Source: Podarcis filfolensis (lineage: Eukaryota). From it: DNA of 64,000 nt. The stretch lies in the NCBI GenBank assembly GCA_964270895.1, contig OZ185446.1. One strand, 5' to 3'. A program made the position numbers and the translations under genes. Below the pieces are notes generated by a model. The model was given only the letters and a program-made list of their open reading frames with translations. It searched no databases and was not told the DNA's origin. Below are positions 11,784 to 25,971 of this stretch, piece by piece. How positions within the stretch are numbered: the first letter of the stretch is position 1; every line of letters begins with the position of its first letter.

Positions 11784-13703
11784 TGGCTGGGCTGGTGCGA
11801 GAGGACAGGAAGCACCCAGTCGACTACATAAGGGAACGCCTGAGCCAACTGACTTACCAAGCCAAATGCAGCCTGTAGCTCATTATACTGAGCAGGTCTA
11901 TCAGGGGCTCAAATTCCATGTCCTGGCATTTCTGCCCACCTGCCATAATCAAGCACCTGGCTGGCCACAGCCTTGTATCCTGGGTGGGCTGCATTCAGCA
12001 AGGTGGGTCACAAGCTGTGTGGGCACGATCCTGGCCTGATGCTGATGAAATGGCAACAAAAAAGAAGCAGGGAGGTGAACTATGACAAATACCTATTTCA
12101 TGATGATCTATCTATTCTCGTGAACATATAGAAATGCCTGTTTTGTTGGCCTACTGCAACACACATCATTTGTCGCCCAGAGAGATGTCTCATCCTGCAC
12201 GCTGCAGGTGCAGATTTCTAAGCAACTGGGCCCACAGAGCCAGTACCACTAGGAGCAGCTCAGAAAGGGAGGGGGCAAGGAAGACTCAGGGGTGGAAGCT
12301 ATAGCTTTAACAGGTCAGTCATAGAAGGTTGGGGAGCCTGATGTCATGTTTAGGTGGCGTGTCACAGAACAGGGGTATATGGTAACTCCCCCCCCCCATT
12401 TGCTTTGTGCCCAGACCTGGAAAGGTTTTTAATGGTACATGCAGGAAAAAGCAGTTGCCGTGCATTGGATGTGTACTTAATGCCTTGTTAACAACATATT
12501 CGCATTCCATAATTTAACACCAGGGGAAACTGCTTCTCTGGGTTTTGCAGCAGAGCCAGCTAAGCAGAGCACTGATTACTGATGTCTGTAATCCCTCGTT
12601 CTCCTCAGAGCAGTTTTGCAATTATTTGCAAATGAATCATGCTAAATGGATGGATAAGTTCATGAATGATGTGGCACTTTTACAACCTCCCCCCCTCCGC
12701 TCCCCATAGAGCATGATGCATATGCAAAGCATATTGCATCCAAGGTGGGATCACAGCCACCCACCAATCAGCACCTTGCACAGCTGCCTTTCCACTTGGG
12801 GAGCCAGCACATTTCCATATCTGCACTAGGCCATGGCTGTTTAGTGTGATGTGCAGAAATTGCCATTGTGGTGGGTTGTGAGCTTATGCAGGTGGCCCTT
12901 AAACAAGAGGTCGATCTACAGATGAGCATATTCAGCTCCAGGCCACAAAAAGCCTCACTTACTGATTTGTTTTTCAAACTTCCATTAAAAGCAAAAGGCT
13001 GGATTCTTAAAAGCAAAACTGGGTTTCAGGGCGAGAGGTTTCTGGCAACATTTGGGAACTGGAAAATGGCTGGGCTTGTCTTCACGAGGATATGGTTGGA
13101 GCAAATTGGTCTGGGTTCTATCAGGGTAAAATATGGAGTGTTTTTTGTAAGTGGGTAGGAGATACTTGTGATAATCTCCATGGGGACTGGTGATGGAATG
13201 AGGGTCTGACGTAAGCTCTTTCAGAAGTAAAGGTGTGTAGGTTCCTTGGTGGCAGAAGGAGCAGGGAGATAAATCTCCTGTCCTTCACTGGAGAGGAACC
13301 CTTGCAGCAAAGATGTGTGTGTGTGAATGTGTGGAATATGGGCCCAGCAGAGTGACTTGGAACCTGTCCTTGAGATGGGACATATGTGGAGTGGAAGCTG
13401 TGTGAGCTGCTTTTCTGTTCATGAAAGATAAAGGAAGTAGAGTCTAGCATGAGGCTTTGGAAGACCTCTGTTGCTTGTGTGGCTGAGTTTCTCCACCTGG
13501 GGAAGCAATCTCTTACCCTGGTTTTCTCTTTTCTCCCTCTGATGTTTGTTTAGATAACCACTGAGCCATAAATATGTAACTATGATGTTGTGGATTTTGT
13601 TGTAGCAGTGTTTAACTGAAACAAGTACTTTAATCACTTGTGTGTGGCTTTCTTTGTTGTGTAGCATACCGAGCCCGTGCCTGTGACAAAGTGGGAGGGA
13701 GGT

Positions 13704-13709
13704 AATAAA
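13704..13709 (+). terminator. Candidate WDR86 polyadenylation signal
   Basis: First AATAAA I found after the WDR86 stop (about 1.9 kb downstream); no transcript evidence. Confidence 0.25.
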
Positions 13710-16700
13710 AACTGTCATAGAGATAACACTTAATGTGTTCTCTTTTTTTTGGACTGATTTTAATCACAGCAGGAGAAAGGCTTCCATATTCTACAGCACT
13801 GGCGTCAAATGAAAGTTTAATACAAGAAATATAACTGGCATGGGGGAGAAAAGGAAGGCAGTAATTTTGTAAGTGCTATACTGTATTCCTCTATCCCAGG
13901 GACCGGAAACCTCTGGCCTGTGGGCTAATCTTAGCCCACCAAGGCATCCAAGCTGGCCTATAAGACCATTTTCCTCTAACCATGCACACCTTCCCATCAG
14001 CTGACAACACTCATTATATCATCCGATGGACTTAAATCCTGCATTGGCTGCATGCGCCTGTTAACAGCAGGTAACAAACACATGCAGCCAAAGCAGCAGG
14101 AATTAACAACCCTGCTCATCAGCTATGTAGGGTTAAATCCTGCTCATTTTGGCAGCATTCCAGCCAAACCCTTTAATGTTTCAGGAAAGGTTTTGCATGG
14201 AATCCCCTGCAAAAGCAGAGGGGGAAATCCTTCCTTTTAGCAACGACTTGCAAGATGCTTTGAAACCCAACTTTGGGACTTCAAAGCACCTTGCACCTGA
14301 TGTCATTGTGATGTGAGGTGGTTGACAGAAGGGCAGTCCCACCTTCTGTCAAATTTGGCCTACAAGGCTGATCCTATACCTCTAAACAGCAAGTTATATT
14401 GCTAGAAAGCCAACTCAAGAAGGCACTGCTGGTGGGTGGGTCATCAGGAATCACTGCTTTCCTCCCAAAGCCCATTCCTGGTGTAGTGACTTGAGAGAAT
14501 GAGCTGTGAGGTTGCTGGTTCACATCTCTCCACCACAAATACACTACCTGGCCCTATTAGTTCAACCTCAGCCTCCTCATCTGCAATAACAACACTGGCC
14601 TACTTTACAGGTCTGGTGTAAGGATTACTGCAAATGTATGCAGTGTATGCATTGAAATGCTTTGAATGGTGCAAGCGCTATATAAATATGAAGTGTGTGT
14701 ATATTTTATCTATCATCCTCTCTCTTCACTAGATTGAATTAAAAAAGACCCAATTGCTAGCTGACCAAAGCAGGTTGTGCATTCACCCATTGCCCCTACA
14801 GTGATCCCAACTGGTGTCCCCACTGCTACCATTCCCACCCCATAGTCCTAATCTGGTTCCCTCCAGCAGCTTTTCGTTTCAATAATAATAATAAAAAATC
14901 ATACAATGCCAAAGCAGGTGACAAACCTTGCTTTCAGTTTGCCTTTAATGAAACAGCCATTTCCTCTAATAACAACTCAGGTGGGCAGTGCTGAGGGAAA
15001 ACAGAGGAAGCCAAGAATGGAGGTAGCATCATGCTAAGGGGAAATCCCAGAGGTTGGCAAAAGTACAAAAAATACATACTGGTATATGAAATTTTTTTCT
15101 TATGCTGGTCTGTGACCATAATAAAGTTCATTCATTCAGAAGTGTAACTCATATATGGGGAAAAAACCAAGAGGCTAAATATCCCTAAGACATAAGTGAG
15201 AAGAAGGGGGGCATTTGGTATAAGTTGCACAAGAGCTCCCTTGCAGCTGATAGCTTCCTGGAGGGGAGGGCATGGGCCAATATTTTATTCTTAAATGACT
15301 GGATTACTTATTATTATTATTATTAGGTTGCAATCTTGATAGGGTTTGAGCAAGGATGAGCAGCAGAGTTAACTGGGCACAGGAGAAAAAGGGGCGGCAA
15401 GGGAGACTGTGGAGTAGTTCAATTGACTTCAATAGTACCAGTCCTACAGTGTCAGAGAGTTGGGGGGGGGGGAACGGCTTTTGAGGCTTCCAGCCAATTC
15501 TTCTGCCTGCTCGTTTGGGGTGGATGAATGCATCTTTTATTTGCCTTCCTGTTCCTGAGCGGATTACAACATTCTCACGCTTCTGCCAATTACTCTTGCT
15601 GTGCAAACTGCAAATACTTGCACAATTCTTTCCAGCTGGAGTGGCAGCTTTTGGGGTGCTTTCAGCATTCCAAGTAAAAGACGCAGGGCTAATGGCTTCT
15701 ACACTAATTAGCTCTCCTAGTACTCATAAATGTGACAACTCTACGAATTTTCAAAACTTATTTTTAAAAAGGAAAGCCAAATGGCACACGGTAGGTGCTA
15801 ATGGAAGGCTTCCTTACAAAAAGAAGCCGTTTGCGAGGTGTCTCCCCATTAACGTTTCAGTGGAAGACAGGAAGCTGCCTTACATGAGTCAGACCGGCGG
15901 TCCATCTAACTCAGTACTGTCTACACTGACTGGCAGCAGCTCTCCAGGGTTTCAGGAAAGGAGCGCTCCCAGCACTAGCTGGAGGTGCTATGGACCTTCT
16001 CCACATAACCTCTTTTGTAAAGTAGGGCAGTATTCTATCCATGTTATCATCATCCTCAAATGCCAGAAGCCCCCTGAAGGGCTCCTGTTCCCAGGTTGAA
16101 TCCAGGCTGCTTGAGTTTGGCACATTTGTCCGGGTGGGTACTGAGCCCCACTGACCGAAGAGCCTGCATGGGCCTTGACTGCTTGCCTGCAAACATGGCA
16201 GCTTCTCCTGATCTCATTCCTAGTAATCCCCTCTCCTCACCACTGCCGTCTGCTTCTCCTGGGCCTTCTGGAATTGCTTCTTGCTCATACCCTTACTTAT
16301 GATACCCTATGGTATAGTGTAATTGAACTAGCCCTGTATTCTTATATTATTTATTTTAAAATTTTCCCCATCGTTCAACATCCACGCACGTTAGCTTTGT
16401 TTAAACTTGCTTACACTTCTAGATGCTTGATTTGCTCAGGATGGTGTTTCAATTATAAACATGCAAGACAAAAGCCATTTAGACAATTTCCTGTTCCTCA
16501 ATTTCAAGTTATGGCTTCCTGCAAAGTGCTCTGGGAAGTGTAGTTTGTATAAAGGGTGCTGAGAATTATAACTCTGTGGCAGATCATTACTCTCAGCACC
16601 CTTAACAAACTACACATCCCAGGATTATCTGGGAGACCATGGCTGTTACCAGTGAGATATGAGCGCTTTAAATGTATGGCATGGATGACAAATCTTTTTA

Positions 16701-17078
16701 GGTGCTCTGGAGCCAGGAGACTAAAGCTTGAACTCACGTTTGGGACACTGGATTCCACTATCCCTGAGGTCTCACCGCCTTCAATTACTGTTTGTCTCTT
16801 CCTCAGGCCGCCAGTCAAGAGGCCAAGCCTTGCTGGCACCTGCTGTCTATGCATAGGAAGTGTCAACAAGAACAAAGGAACTTGGGGACTTGTACATCTT
16901 GGGGGAAGATGTCACAGAGTGGCACACGTCTCTTTGTCTCTCAAACTACAACTTACCCTCAGTTTTCTGCTCATGTTAACAGGCTTGCATGCCTGGGTAA
17001 ATCACGACCATTGAAATTGTTATTTCTCTAGCCAACCATCAGTAAATATTCCCAGGGCAGTTGACAAATTTATATATA

Positions 17079-17261
17079 CAGTGGTACCTCCGGTTGCAGA
17101 TGGGATCCGTTCCGGAGGTTGGGTCAGATCCCGAGGTTTCCGCAACATGAGGACTGCTTCTGCATATGCGTAGCAAAACCCGGTAAAATGCTTCCAGGTT
17201 TGCCGCGAGTGCATCCCGAAGTTTACATAACCAGAAGGTTACGTAAACGGAGATACGACTA
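17079..17261. mobile_element. Tc1/mariner-type MITE
   Basis: TA|cagtggtacctccg...cggagatacgacta; flanked by TA runs. Confidence 0.65.
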
Positions 17262-17376
17262 TTATATATATATATATACACACACCAATATAACACAATT
17301 AAAAACAAGCTGTAAAAAGCAAAAAGTGTCTTTACAACAGACACAGCAAGCAAGCAAGCACAGTTCACAGCCTGTA

Positions 17377-17593
17377 CAGTGGTACCTCAGGTTAAATACG
17401 CTTCAGGTTACAGACTCCACTAACCCAGAAATATTACATCGGGTTAAGAACTTTGCTTCAGGATGAGAACAGAAATCGTGCAGCGGTGGCGCAGTGGCAG
17501 CTATTAGCTAAAGTGGTGCTTCAGGTTAAGAACAGTTTCAGGTTAAGAATGGACCTCCAGAATGAATTAAGTTCTTAACCTGAGGTACCACTG
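17377..17593. mobile_element. Tc1/mariner-type MITE, young
   Basis: Perfect TIR cagtggtacctcaggttaa / ttaacctgaggtaccactg with TA TSD; same family as 62673-62914 in opposite orientation. Confidence 0.9.
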
Positions 17594-20424
17594 TATTTAA
17601 AACACAGTTAAGAAATCTAGCACCAAAAAGGCTACAGAAAAAGTGTCAGGAGCCCCACTTCCTCCACCACTATGGCTGGGCCTTTCAAGAATTCATAAAA
17701 TGAATTAAGTCTCCAAGCAAGTGCAGATACTCTTTATTCTGTCTGTATGGCTGAAAGCATAACAGATAACCAGCGCATTGTCTTCCCATCAGAAAGTGCT
17801 AGTTAGGTGTAAGGACAATGACACTGGTAGGAGGAGCTGCTACATCCCCCCCTTATCTGAGAAGCAAATCTCATGTGCCTGATACTTGTCATCACCCAGA
17901 TGACTGTGTTCAATCATAAAGTTACCACCCAAAGTGCATCAGGACATTTCAGAAAAACGAAACCTACCATTTTCTAGTCCTGTCCCTTGGAAAAGCGAAG
18001 TAAGGTACCTAATGTGTCCTTGCACACAATACATCCAGGTTCAAGATCGCCTTCTGATGATGACCAGCAGACTTGGTTTTTGGCTTTTGGGGTGTGCCTT
18101 GATGGGAGAATGATGCTCCGTGACCTGGCTGCCTGCCCCTGTCCTGACCAAGCCATTTTAATGGCAGCAACTTAAGTCCAGCACAGCCTTAAGGAGCATT
18201 ATCTCCAGAACAGGAATCCTGCATTTCTGTCTCATATTAGTTAAAATACTGAATGAATCCCGGGTGACCTCTAGTGGCGAGACAGCAACTTATTTTTCAG
18301 TTTGGGAAGGTCTCTTCAAGGACCAAGGTTTTTATCCTGTGTCACAGGAGGAAAGGTTTGGGTGCAAGAACCATCACATCATAAAAATGGAAGTTACTAC
18401 ATCAGAGGCAATACTTGTAGTTCTTCATTAATACATAAAATGTGGGTGCCAATTAAGATCATGAAGCTTTTTTGCTATATAAACATGTTTGCTCTCCTGG
18501 TGACTCTTGAATCTGCCCCCAGGAGACCAAACTGCAGGAGACTTAAGGAGGCAGCGGCAGCCTCCTAGGTGAGAGACTAACATTTCAGAGCAATTTACTC
18601 TGAGATTTTTTTGTGGTCCAGGGATTCAGAAGCAGCTGGAACATCTGCGGGGAATAAACTTGTATACACATTTGCCTCTTACTAGTTTCTTTTGCCTATT
18701 TTATTGCATTTTAAATACATTGGAGGCTGCCTTCAGAACTAGGACTGCTAGGCAGGTTCAAAAATACTGTCTGCCATGTTTTTACCAACAATTCTTTATT
18801 GACTTCCCCTTGTTTATAGCTGAAAAAACTGGTGTATACATAAATGCACATGAGATTGTGTCTACATCACCACTACAACCAGTAGTTCCCTGTCTGGTTA
18901 TCAAGAGGGCCTTAAGGTGAGGTCCACAGTCACACCACCAACTTGGCCTGGTGTGTGGTAACCAGGATGAATTCAGCAAACGCTAAAAAAAACACCATAA
19001 GTCTGGTGACATCACCACTCAATCCAATTTGCATTGGAAGGATAAAGGAGGGGAGTGATTTGTAAACCAGCAGTATATGAAATAATCACACCACATTGCC
19101 AACCCTGTCCAGATCGAAACCACCTCCTCCAGGCTCTCTATGGCTGCAGTTTGCAAGTTAATTTTCCAAGGTTTGCTAATCAGCCGTGAGCACAGTGCAG
19201 GATGATTTACTGAAGACACAAATTTAGCAGTTACGGGATATTGCAAAAACTGGAAAAGGTGTTTCTTTGCATGAGATCCCACAGAGCCAATGATGGCATG
19301 TGTCATCAGTACTGAACTGTATGGTTTAACTGGTTTAACACAGCATGGCACTTCTATTTTTAAGGCAAGAAAGCTTAAATTTTGGAACTACTGGACAAGC
19401 ACAGCCTAGGCTAAAGACCACGTCACAGGTTGCGCGTAACACTAAGCCAAATTATGGCTTGGCAAAAATGAGCAAGTGTGCTGGTACCCAGAGCAAAAAT
19501 CACAGCCCTTTCGCTCCTCCCCATGTCCTGCTGCTGCCATATTATCCAGAGCTAAGGCATGGTTTGGGCTTGGATGTTGTGTGTGAATCCAAGTTTGTGG
19601 TTTGTTCTGGATTAACCGCTAGTGGATTGTTTCAGGGAGACACACAAGTCTAGGTTCACCCACAGCGCTAAACCAAACCACGGCCTAGTGACCATGATAT
19701 TCACTCTGAGTGCCTGGCATGCTTGCTCCTTCTTGCTAAGGCATGGTTTAGTTTAGTGCAAGCGAGGCCACACAATTTCCTTCTTGAACAGGGTTAAGCA
19801 AGGCAGCTCAGTAGAACCCACCAGGCCATTTCTAAAAGCTCTGCTTGCGGTATTTCTTTCATTTGCATTTTGACGACAAGGGGAAGAGGTCACAAAATGG
19901 CTGCAATTGGACCCCCTTGAAACAGTCTCTTAAACTGATGTGCTGCAACTAAAGTTCAAGCACATGTCTGGCTATCTGTATAGTATGAATATGCACACTT
20001 GCATCACTTTTCCAGGGAAAAGCATCAGCAGGGAAAAGCAACATGGGACATTGCCCAAGAGCCTCTTCCTTTAAAGATAATTAACTTCAGTGCCTACCAC
20101 TTCCAAACGGGCAGTCCTCAGCTTTATGGGGAAACTGCAATAAATGTGATGGATGGGTGGGGTTTTTTTATTGGTTGTTACTGCATTATCAAAAAAAGGA
20201 GCTGTTTAAAGTCCATGCACAATAGATTTACAGCTGGCTCTAGAATACAGGATGGCCAGAAAAAGCTCTATAAGAACGGACAAAATCTATACACTTAGGT
20301 CTCTATTTCTGTGACCAGAAGATATTAGAGCTAGTCACAGTGGATACTATGTATGCACTGTCACAGTCAGATCATCTGCAGTTTTAAAAGAAATCTGGGT
20401 TTTGTGAATGTATGCAGAACTGAT

Positions 20425-20430
20425 TTTATT
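20425..20430 (-). terminator. Candidate NUB1 polyadenylation signal
   Basis: AATAAA on the minus strand about 400 nt past the NUB1 stop. Confidence 0.35.
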
Positions 20431-20830
20431 TGCTCTACTAATTAAATAGATGAATTTCACACCAATATAATATATCGAAGCTCTCTATAAAAATATTTCT
20501 TCTGCAAATATTTTTGTTCTACAATTAATTGTATTCCTCTCCAGTGTCACTCTAGATTAATAGTACTACAGGTTTTACTCATGCCAGTGTTTGTTTTTTA
20601 AAAATATGCAACTGACTTAACTTAAGGCATTTGGCAAAAGGAGGGTCAGACATATTTGCAATCTAAGTATTAGAAGTCCACAGTCCTAATCTAGACTAAG
20701 TACATTACACTTAAAATTAGTCATGACCCACTGACTTCACTGTGACTTACATGCAACTAATTTTCCCCCTGGATCTAAACCCCACAAATGCTGGTTCATG
20801 TATGTGATACTGGAGTCTTTCAGAATTTGC

Positions 20831-21003
20831 CTACTGGGACTGCGTTTGCAGGTGCTGTATGTAAGAGAGGTATTCATTGATGACAAGCTCTTCCTCTTCC
20901 AGAGTTAGGTCCAGATAATCTTCTTCGTGCTCTGGGATGTCCTCTAAGATTTCATTGACAGCATCTACTTCCATGTCTTCATCAGTTGAAGCCCCAGAAG
21001 TGC
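20831..21003 (-). CDS. NUB1: NEDD8 ultimate buster 1, last coding exon
   Basis: Acceptor tcttctttgcag|, reads (G)[56 protein letters not shown]; close to recalled human NUB1 C-terminus. Confidence 0.95.
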
Positions 21004-22049
21004 CTGCAAAGAAGACAGGCATGTAGCACACACGACGGAAAAGTCTCTAATTCTCAAGTCTCAAAAGGCCCCTCACCATAACATTAGCTCTTCTGCAACA
21101 GTACTTTTCATCAACAATTTGATTTGGTGCTAGGCTTTATAGGAATCTCTCATCTAATCTGGTCAATAGTTGAGATGTACTGTTCAGACTTAAAATTTTC
21201 CAGATTCTATCAAGCACGGTATCAGTGGGGGATGAGAAGCAGGGATGATTTCCATAACGTCCAGACCCATAACTAGTTACTGACAACGGTATTGTGAACA
21301 TTAACAGAACAAAAAGGGGGGAACCACCCCAAGATGCTAGTGACTTGACCCTATTCAAGTCATCACTGTGCAAGACTTTTTTATGGATAAAGAGCTAACA
21401 TTTAAAGAAAAATATCATTTAGTGATTAGTTATGTCCATTAATTTCAATGGCCCTTCTCAGAGTAGAACCAGCATTGGCTACATGCAACCCATTATAAAA
21501 TCCATGCATGAAGCAGAAGAAAAACGTTTGAAAGTAAGCTCTTTAGATTTCGAGCGTTCAAGCATAAACCAAATTCAGTGTAAGGACAGAAAGTGGTTAA
21601 AATACAAAAAGGAACCTAGGAAATTCTGACAAGTACAAACAAGTTTGTAAGAGCCTTTCACATACAAGCAAAAGGTTTAATGAACAAGAAGAGACAGCAG
21701 ATAATTTCTCAGATCCCTCAGAGGATATAGACAACAGAAGCATAAGAACAGGGTATCATCAGAGTAAGAAGACTGAAGGAAGGAGATGGAGCTGAGCTAG
21801 TTCTTTATGTAAAAGCATCATCCTATACATGTCTATTCAGAATTAAGTCACAGTAGGACTTACTCCAAAGTGAGTGTGTATGGGATTGCAGTCTAAAGGA
21901 AGTGATCACTGCATGTATAAGTTCAGTTATTAAGACCAAAGCAAAGATTGTTAAAGCTTTGACAACACAATCCTGTGCATGCTTACTCAAAGGTCCACTG
22001 TGATCAGAGGGGCTTGCTTCTAGGAAAATGGGCATAGGATTTCAACCAT

Positions 22050-23720
22050 AGGATCTTAAATAATCATTTTAGAAAAACCAACATGCCTTAAAATCTCTTA
22101 GTAAAATTATAGAACAGGCAGAGGAAAGATTTAGAGGAAATGCACTATACAAAATCCCTAAATTGATGGTAGAATGACTGGAAGTTTTAGTTTATTCAGG
22201 TTTATACTTGAAAAGGAGGAAATTACATTTTTTAAAACCACCATTAAGTAAAGAAAAGTGAATATACAGATTGGGGTTTCCCATGAAATTAATGGTAGAT
22301 TATTAAAGAGAGCTGACTATCACTCAGTGCAGGAGGCAGAGGGTATATAACATATATATAAGCTCAGAGGAGGTTGAAAGTGTAGCTTTAAATGACACGA
22401 CAACAGAGAATATAAGAAATAAAGAAGATTGTGAAGGCAGTGCTGCCCTGAAGATACAGTGGGGAATTTTAGGGCGCCATCTTTGCATTTAATTATAATG
22501 TTTCATCTCATTCCGACAAGCAATTAGTGATAATAGGAAGGCCGTTATTACCTTGAGTTTTTCCTCTTTCTTCTTTTCTCTTTTTCCTTTTCTCTTTTTT
22601 TAGACAAAAAATAAAAAAATGAGTAATTTCAAATGGATGAGCTTGAATGTAAGTGGGTTGAACAACCCATTAAAAATGACGACTCTCTTTTCTTTAGGGA
22701 GGAATTTGATCTAATTTTTACATAAGCAGCCCGCTCCCCCATGAAGAAAAAACAAAAGGTGGAGTAATTGGTATAACCAACTGTGTCCATTTCTCCATTA
22801 ATGAATGCACAGAAGATGCAGAAAGGAGATGTAATATTTTAAGAGGTGCTTTAGATAAACTTTAAACATATGGGATAAGAATTTGGATAGATTCATTTTA
22901 CAGGTGGCATTCTAGACAATGGGCAGCAGTCAAGGACTGTCTATCTTCAGAGAGGCATAAAGCAAGGCTCCCCTGTCATCTTTCGTATCTGATGTATTGA
23001 TCAATGTTGTACCCTAGAGTCCACAGGATGACTTAGGGTGGAAGACACTTGGTTGGAGAGCCTGGGGTTCTCCCCTCCCCCCAAGAGCCTTAACCTTGTC
23101 ACAGTTAAATGAGCTTTTTTTGAGATCTGGCAGTATATGAGTTTTGACAAGTCTGAGTAAACAAAGACACAACTGAAGTGGAAATTGCCCACCGATGTGA
23201 AGCTAAGTGGAAAGCCAAACATAGGGAGATATCTGGGGCACTTTTTCAAACGACAGAAAAAATAAATGGTCGAAAATAATACCCTCATATTCAAGGTGAA
23301 ACAGCAAATGCTAGAGTGGTCAAAATTAAAAACATAACTCTGCTGGACAGGACAATGCTAAAAATGCACGTCTTGCCTGAGTTTTTCTTTCTTTCATAAC
23401 TTGATAATAAAACTGGCCAAGGAAGAAAAGCTGGAATTGATTCAAGCAATTATAAACTACTTCGTTTGTACCTACCAAAATCCCTGGCATCAAAGCTGAG
23501 GTTTCGTAATGGAGATGGAGGGACAAGGGGATGGCATCACCAGACAGCAATGGTAATTAACATTAATGCATAGCCATATTAAGTTCTCTGGGTCAATGGT
23601 GGGAGTCCAGTCAGGATATATGCTATGATACTGGATAGCTAAGACTAGAAATCCACCTGAAAGAATGGGATGTTCCTAGTCTATATATACACATGAAAAA
23701 ACATCTATCTATACATAGCC
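22050..23720 (+). mobile_element. Highly decayed L1-clade LINE
   Basis: Remnant motifs KWMSLNVSGLNNPLK (endonuclease start, near 22630), GIKQGSP (RT, near 22955), LLDRTMLKMHVLP (near 23340); boundaries approximate. Confidence 0.5.
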
Positions 23721-24087
23721 TAAGTAGTACAAAGATGTTGTTAGGGAACAAGTGGGCATCAGAGTCCTCTCCAATAACTTCAGTGATCTTCTATAAAGAT
23801 ATTAAGGTGGCAAAAGAAGTCTCCGACTTTATGACCTAGGAAGGGGCCAGAAGGACCTGCCTCTGCAATATATTCATGATAGGAAGATTTATGACATGCA
23901 CTGAAGTTCAGGAAACTATGCAAACCCATCCACCACCGTAGTTTCAAGACTTTCAAATTTGGAACTTGCTCAAAGAAGTTCAGAGAGCACATCAGAGTAC
24001 TCCCTTATTCTTTTATTAAAAAAATGTTTAGTATCTCTCAAACTGTCTGCAGCTAACTCACCACTTTTACTATCTCTCCTGAAAATA

Positions 24088-24137
24088 GTAAAATGATTTA
24101 TGAGGAAGTGAATAATGTAAAATGATTTATGGGGAAG

Positions 24138-24183
<46 letters not shown>
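24088..24183. repeat. 29-bp tandem duplication running into (AAT)n
   Basis: gtaaaatgatttatg(a/g)ggaagtgaataat x2 then AAT repeats. Confidence 0.9.
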
Positions 24184-24184
<1 letters not shown>

Positions 24185-24707
24185 TTAAAAAAAAGATTGG
24201 TTGCTTATGACCATATAACATATTCAATAATTACCATTTACCAATGCATAGTGTAGAAAAGCACATAATGCTTATGACAAAACTATTAGCCATTATGGAT
24301 ATACAGACAGGTCAGGATGATGCAGTGTCTCAGCAGCCTAAGAAATGATGGGCAGCGTTAGCGATGCTTAGAACAACAAATCTCCCATCAGGAAATACTG
24401 TCAATATTTAAGAGTGCTGTGCTGTTTTTAAAGTTTTTAATATTTATATTTAGGATTTTTTACATTGTTTTAATTACTTTTTAACTTATTTTTTATCTGT
24501 TTTAGCTTTCTGTGTTTAATCTGTGCTTGTTTAATTTTTGGAAGCATCCTTAAGACTTGGTTCTGGTGGAAAGGTGGGGTATTAAAAATAAATAAATAAA
24601 TAATAAAATAAAATAAAAAGTAAATAATGCTGTCAGAGTAATTGCAGCAATTAAATGTAGTTGAGGTTAGGTTGTTGTTTTTTTACTGGATATATCTTAT
24701 TTGCGAG

Positions 24708-24846
24708 TCACAGAATTGTCGTGTTGAAAGGGACCATGAGGATCATCTAGTCTGCCCCCCTGCAATATAGAAACATTTTGCCCACTGTGGGTCTTGAACC
24801 CATGTTCTGAGATTAAGAGTCTCATGTTCTACCAACTGAGCTATCC
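24708..24846 (-). mobile_element. SINE with tRNA-Lys(CTT)-like head and CR1-like tail
   Basis: Minus strand ggatagctcagttggtagaacatgagactcttaatctcag...ggttcaagaccc, then gactagatgatcctcatggtccctttcaac..aattctgtga. Confidence 0.75.
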
Positions 24847-25317
24847 TACTTAAATGAAAACAAAACAAACAAACAAACCTATCAGCTGCGCAATAACACT
24901 AAGACTAAATCAAAGGCCTCCAGTGCATACTATCAGAAATACTTCTGTAAAGCTGTCTTGTCAGTTTTACAGCGTCAAGCCATCAGGCGGCTACTTGGTA
25001 GCTGCACAGCCAATATGGAGAACTAAGCAATTTGAGAAATGGGGAACAGTTCCCACATGCATCGTGTGATAAGAACTCACAGCTGAATGTGTGAATCGCC
25101 TTGACTTTATAGTGCATTGTCTGACTTAACATTCTCCTTGCTGCTACAGTCCAAACACGTGTGAAGCTGCCCATGGACAAGAAAATTTCCCAGTATTTCT
25201 GTGCTCCATCTTCCTTGTCTCAACCAGCACTATTTATGCGACATAATTCCCTCTTCTCTCTTGGTTTCATCACCCCCAGAGTATCTCGCCCACCCACCCT
25301 GGAGCAAGCCCCTTTAC

Positions 25318-25510
25318 CTGCAGAGTCCGTAGGAGAGTCTTTTGACGAACTGGATTCATCTGAGGGAGTGATGCTATCTGAAGGGGTCTGTAATTCAGCA
25401 GGGAGAGATCCCCCATAATGAGCAAGCGTTTGCACAGCCAGCTGAATGTTGCCTTTAAACACTTTCAGAGCTTGCTCTGCTGCTTCAGGAGTAAAGCCCA
25501 TATACACCAA
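25318..25510 (-). CDS. NUB1: NUB1 coding exon (third UBA domain)
   Basis: [37 protein letters not shown]... (MGF UBA motif); AG/GT boundaries, 193 nt. Confidence 0.95.
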
Positions 25511-25620
25511 CTAGGCAAGAAAAGGACAAGGAAGATATACACGTCACCAGCCACTGGACCCTTCCTCCAAGGAGGGCAACATAGCATTTTCATGTCAAAA
25601 CAGCTTGATAAGCTAGGTTA

Positions 25621-25971
25621 AAGGTAAAGGGACCCCTGACCATTAGGTCCAGTCGTGGCCGACTCTGGGGTTGCGGTGCTCATCTCGCTTTATTGGCCAA
25701 GGGAGCCAGCATACAGCTTCCGGGTCATGTGGCCAGCATGACTAAGCCACTTCTGGCAAACCTGAGCAGCGCACGGAAACGCCGTTTACCTTCCTACCGA
25801 AGCGGTACCTATTTATCTACTTGCACTTTGACGTGCTTTCGAACTGCTAGGTTGGCAGGAGCAGGGACTGAGCAACGGGAGCTCACCCCGTCATGGGAAT
25901 TTGAACCGCCGACCTTCTGATCGGCAAGTCCTAGGATCTGTGGTTTAACCCACAGCGCCACCCACGTCCCA
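25621..25971 (-). mobile_element. Sauria SINE, full length
   Basis: Head gggacgtgggtggcgctgtgggttaaacc, tail (ACCTTT)n; perfect 15-bp TSD tgataagctaggtta (25606-25620 / 25972-25986). Confidence 0.93.

Noticed and set aside
15515-16099. 194-aa ORF as a novel gene
   Set aside because: No recognisable motifs, overlaps a SINE remnant, no splice or promoter support
21340-21366. C/D-box snoRNA (GTGATGA on the minus strand plus an 8-bp hairpin) in the last NUB1 intron
   Set aside because: No properly spaced D box or terminal stem; a short hairpin is expected by chance
24780-24846. tRNA-Lys gene; likewise tRNA-Ile at 36640-36710
   Set aside because: Acceptor stems are broken and both heads continue into a CR1-like tail, so they are SINE heads rather than tRNA genes
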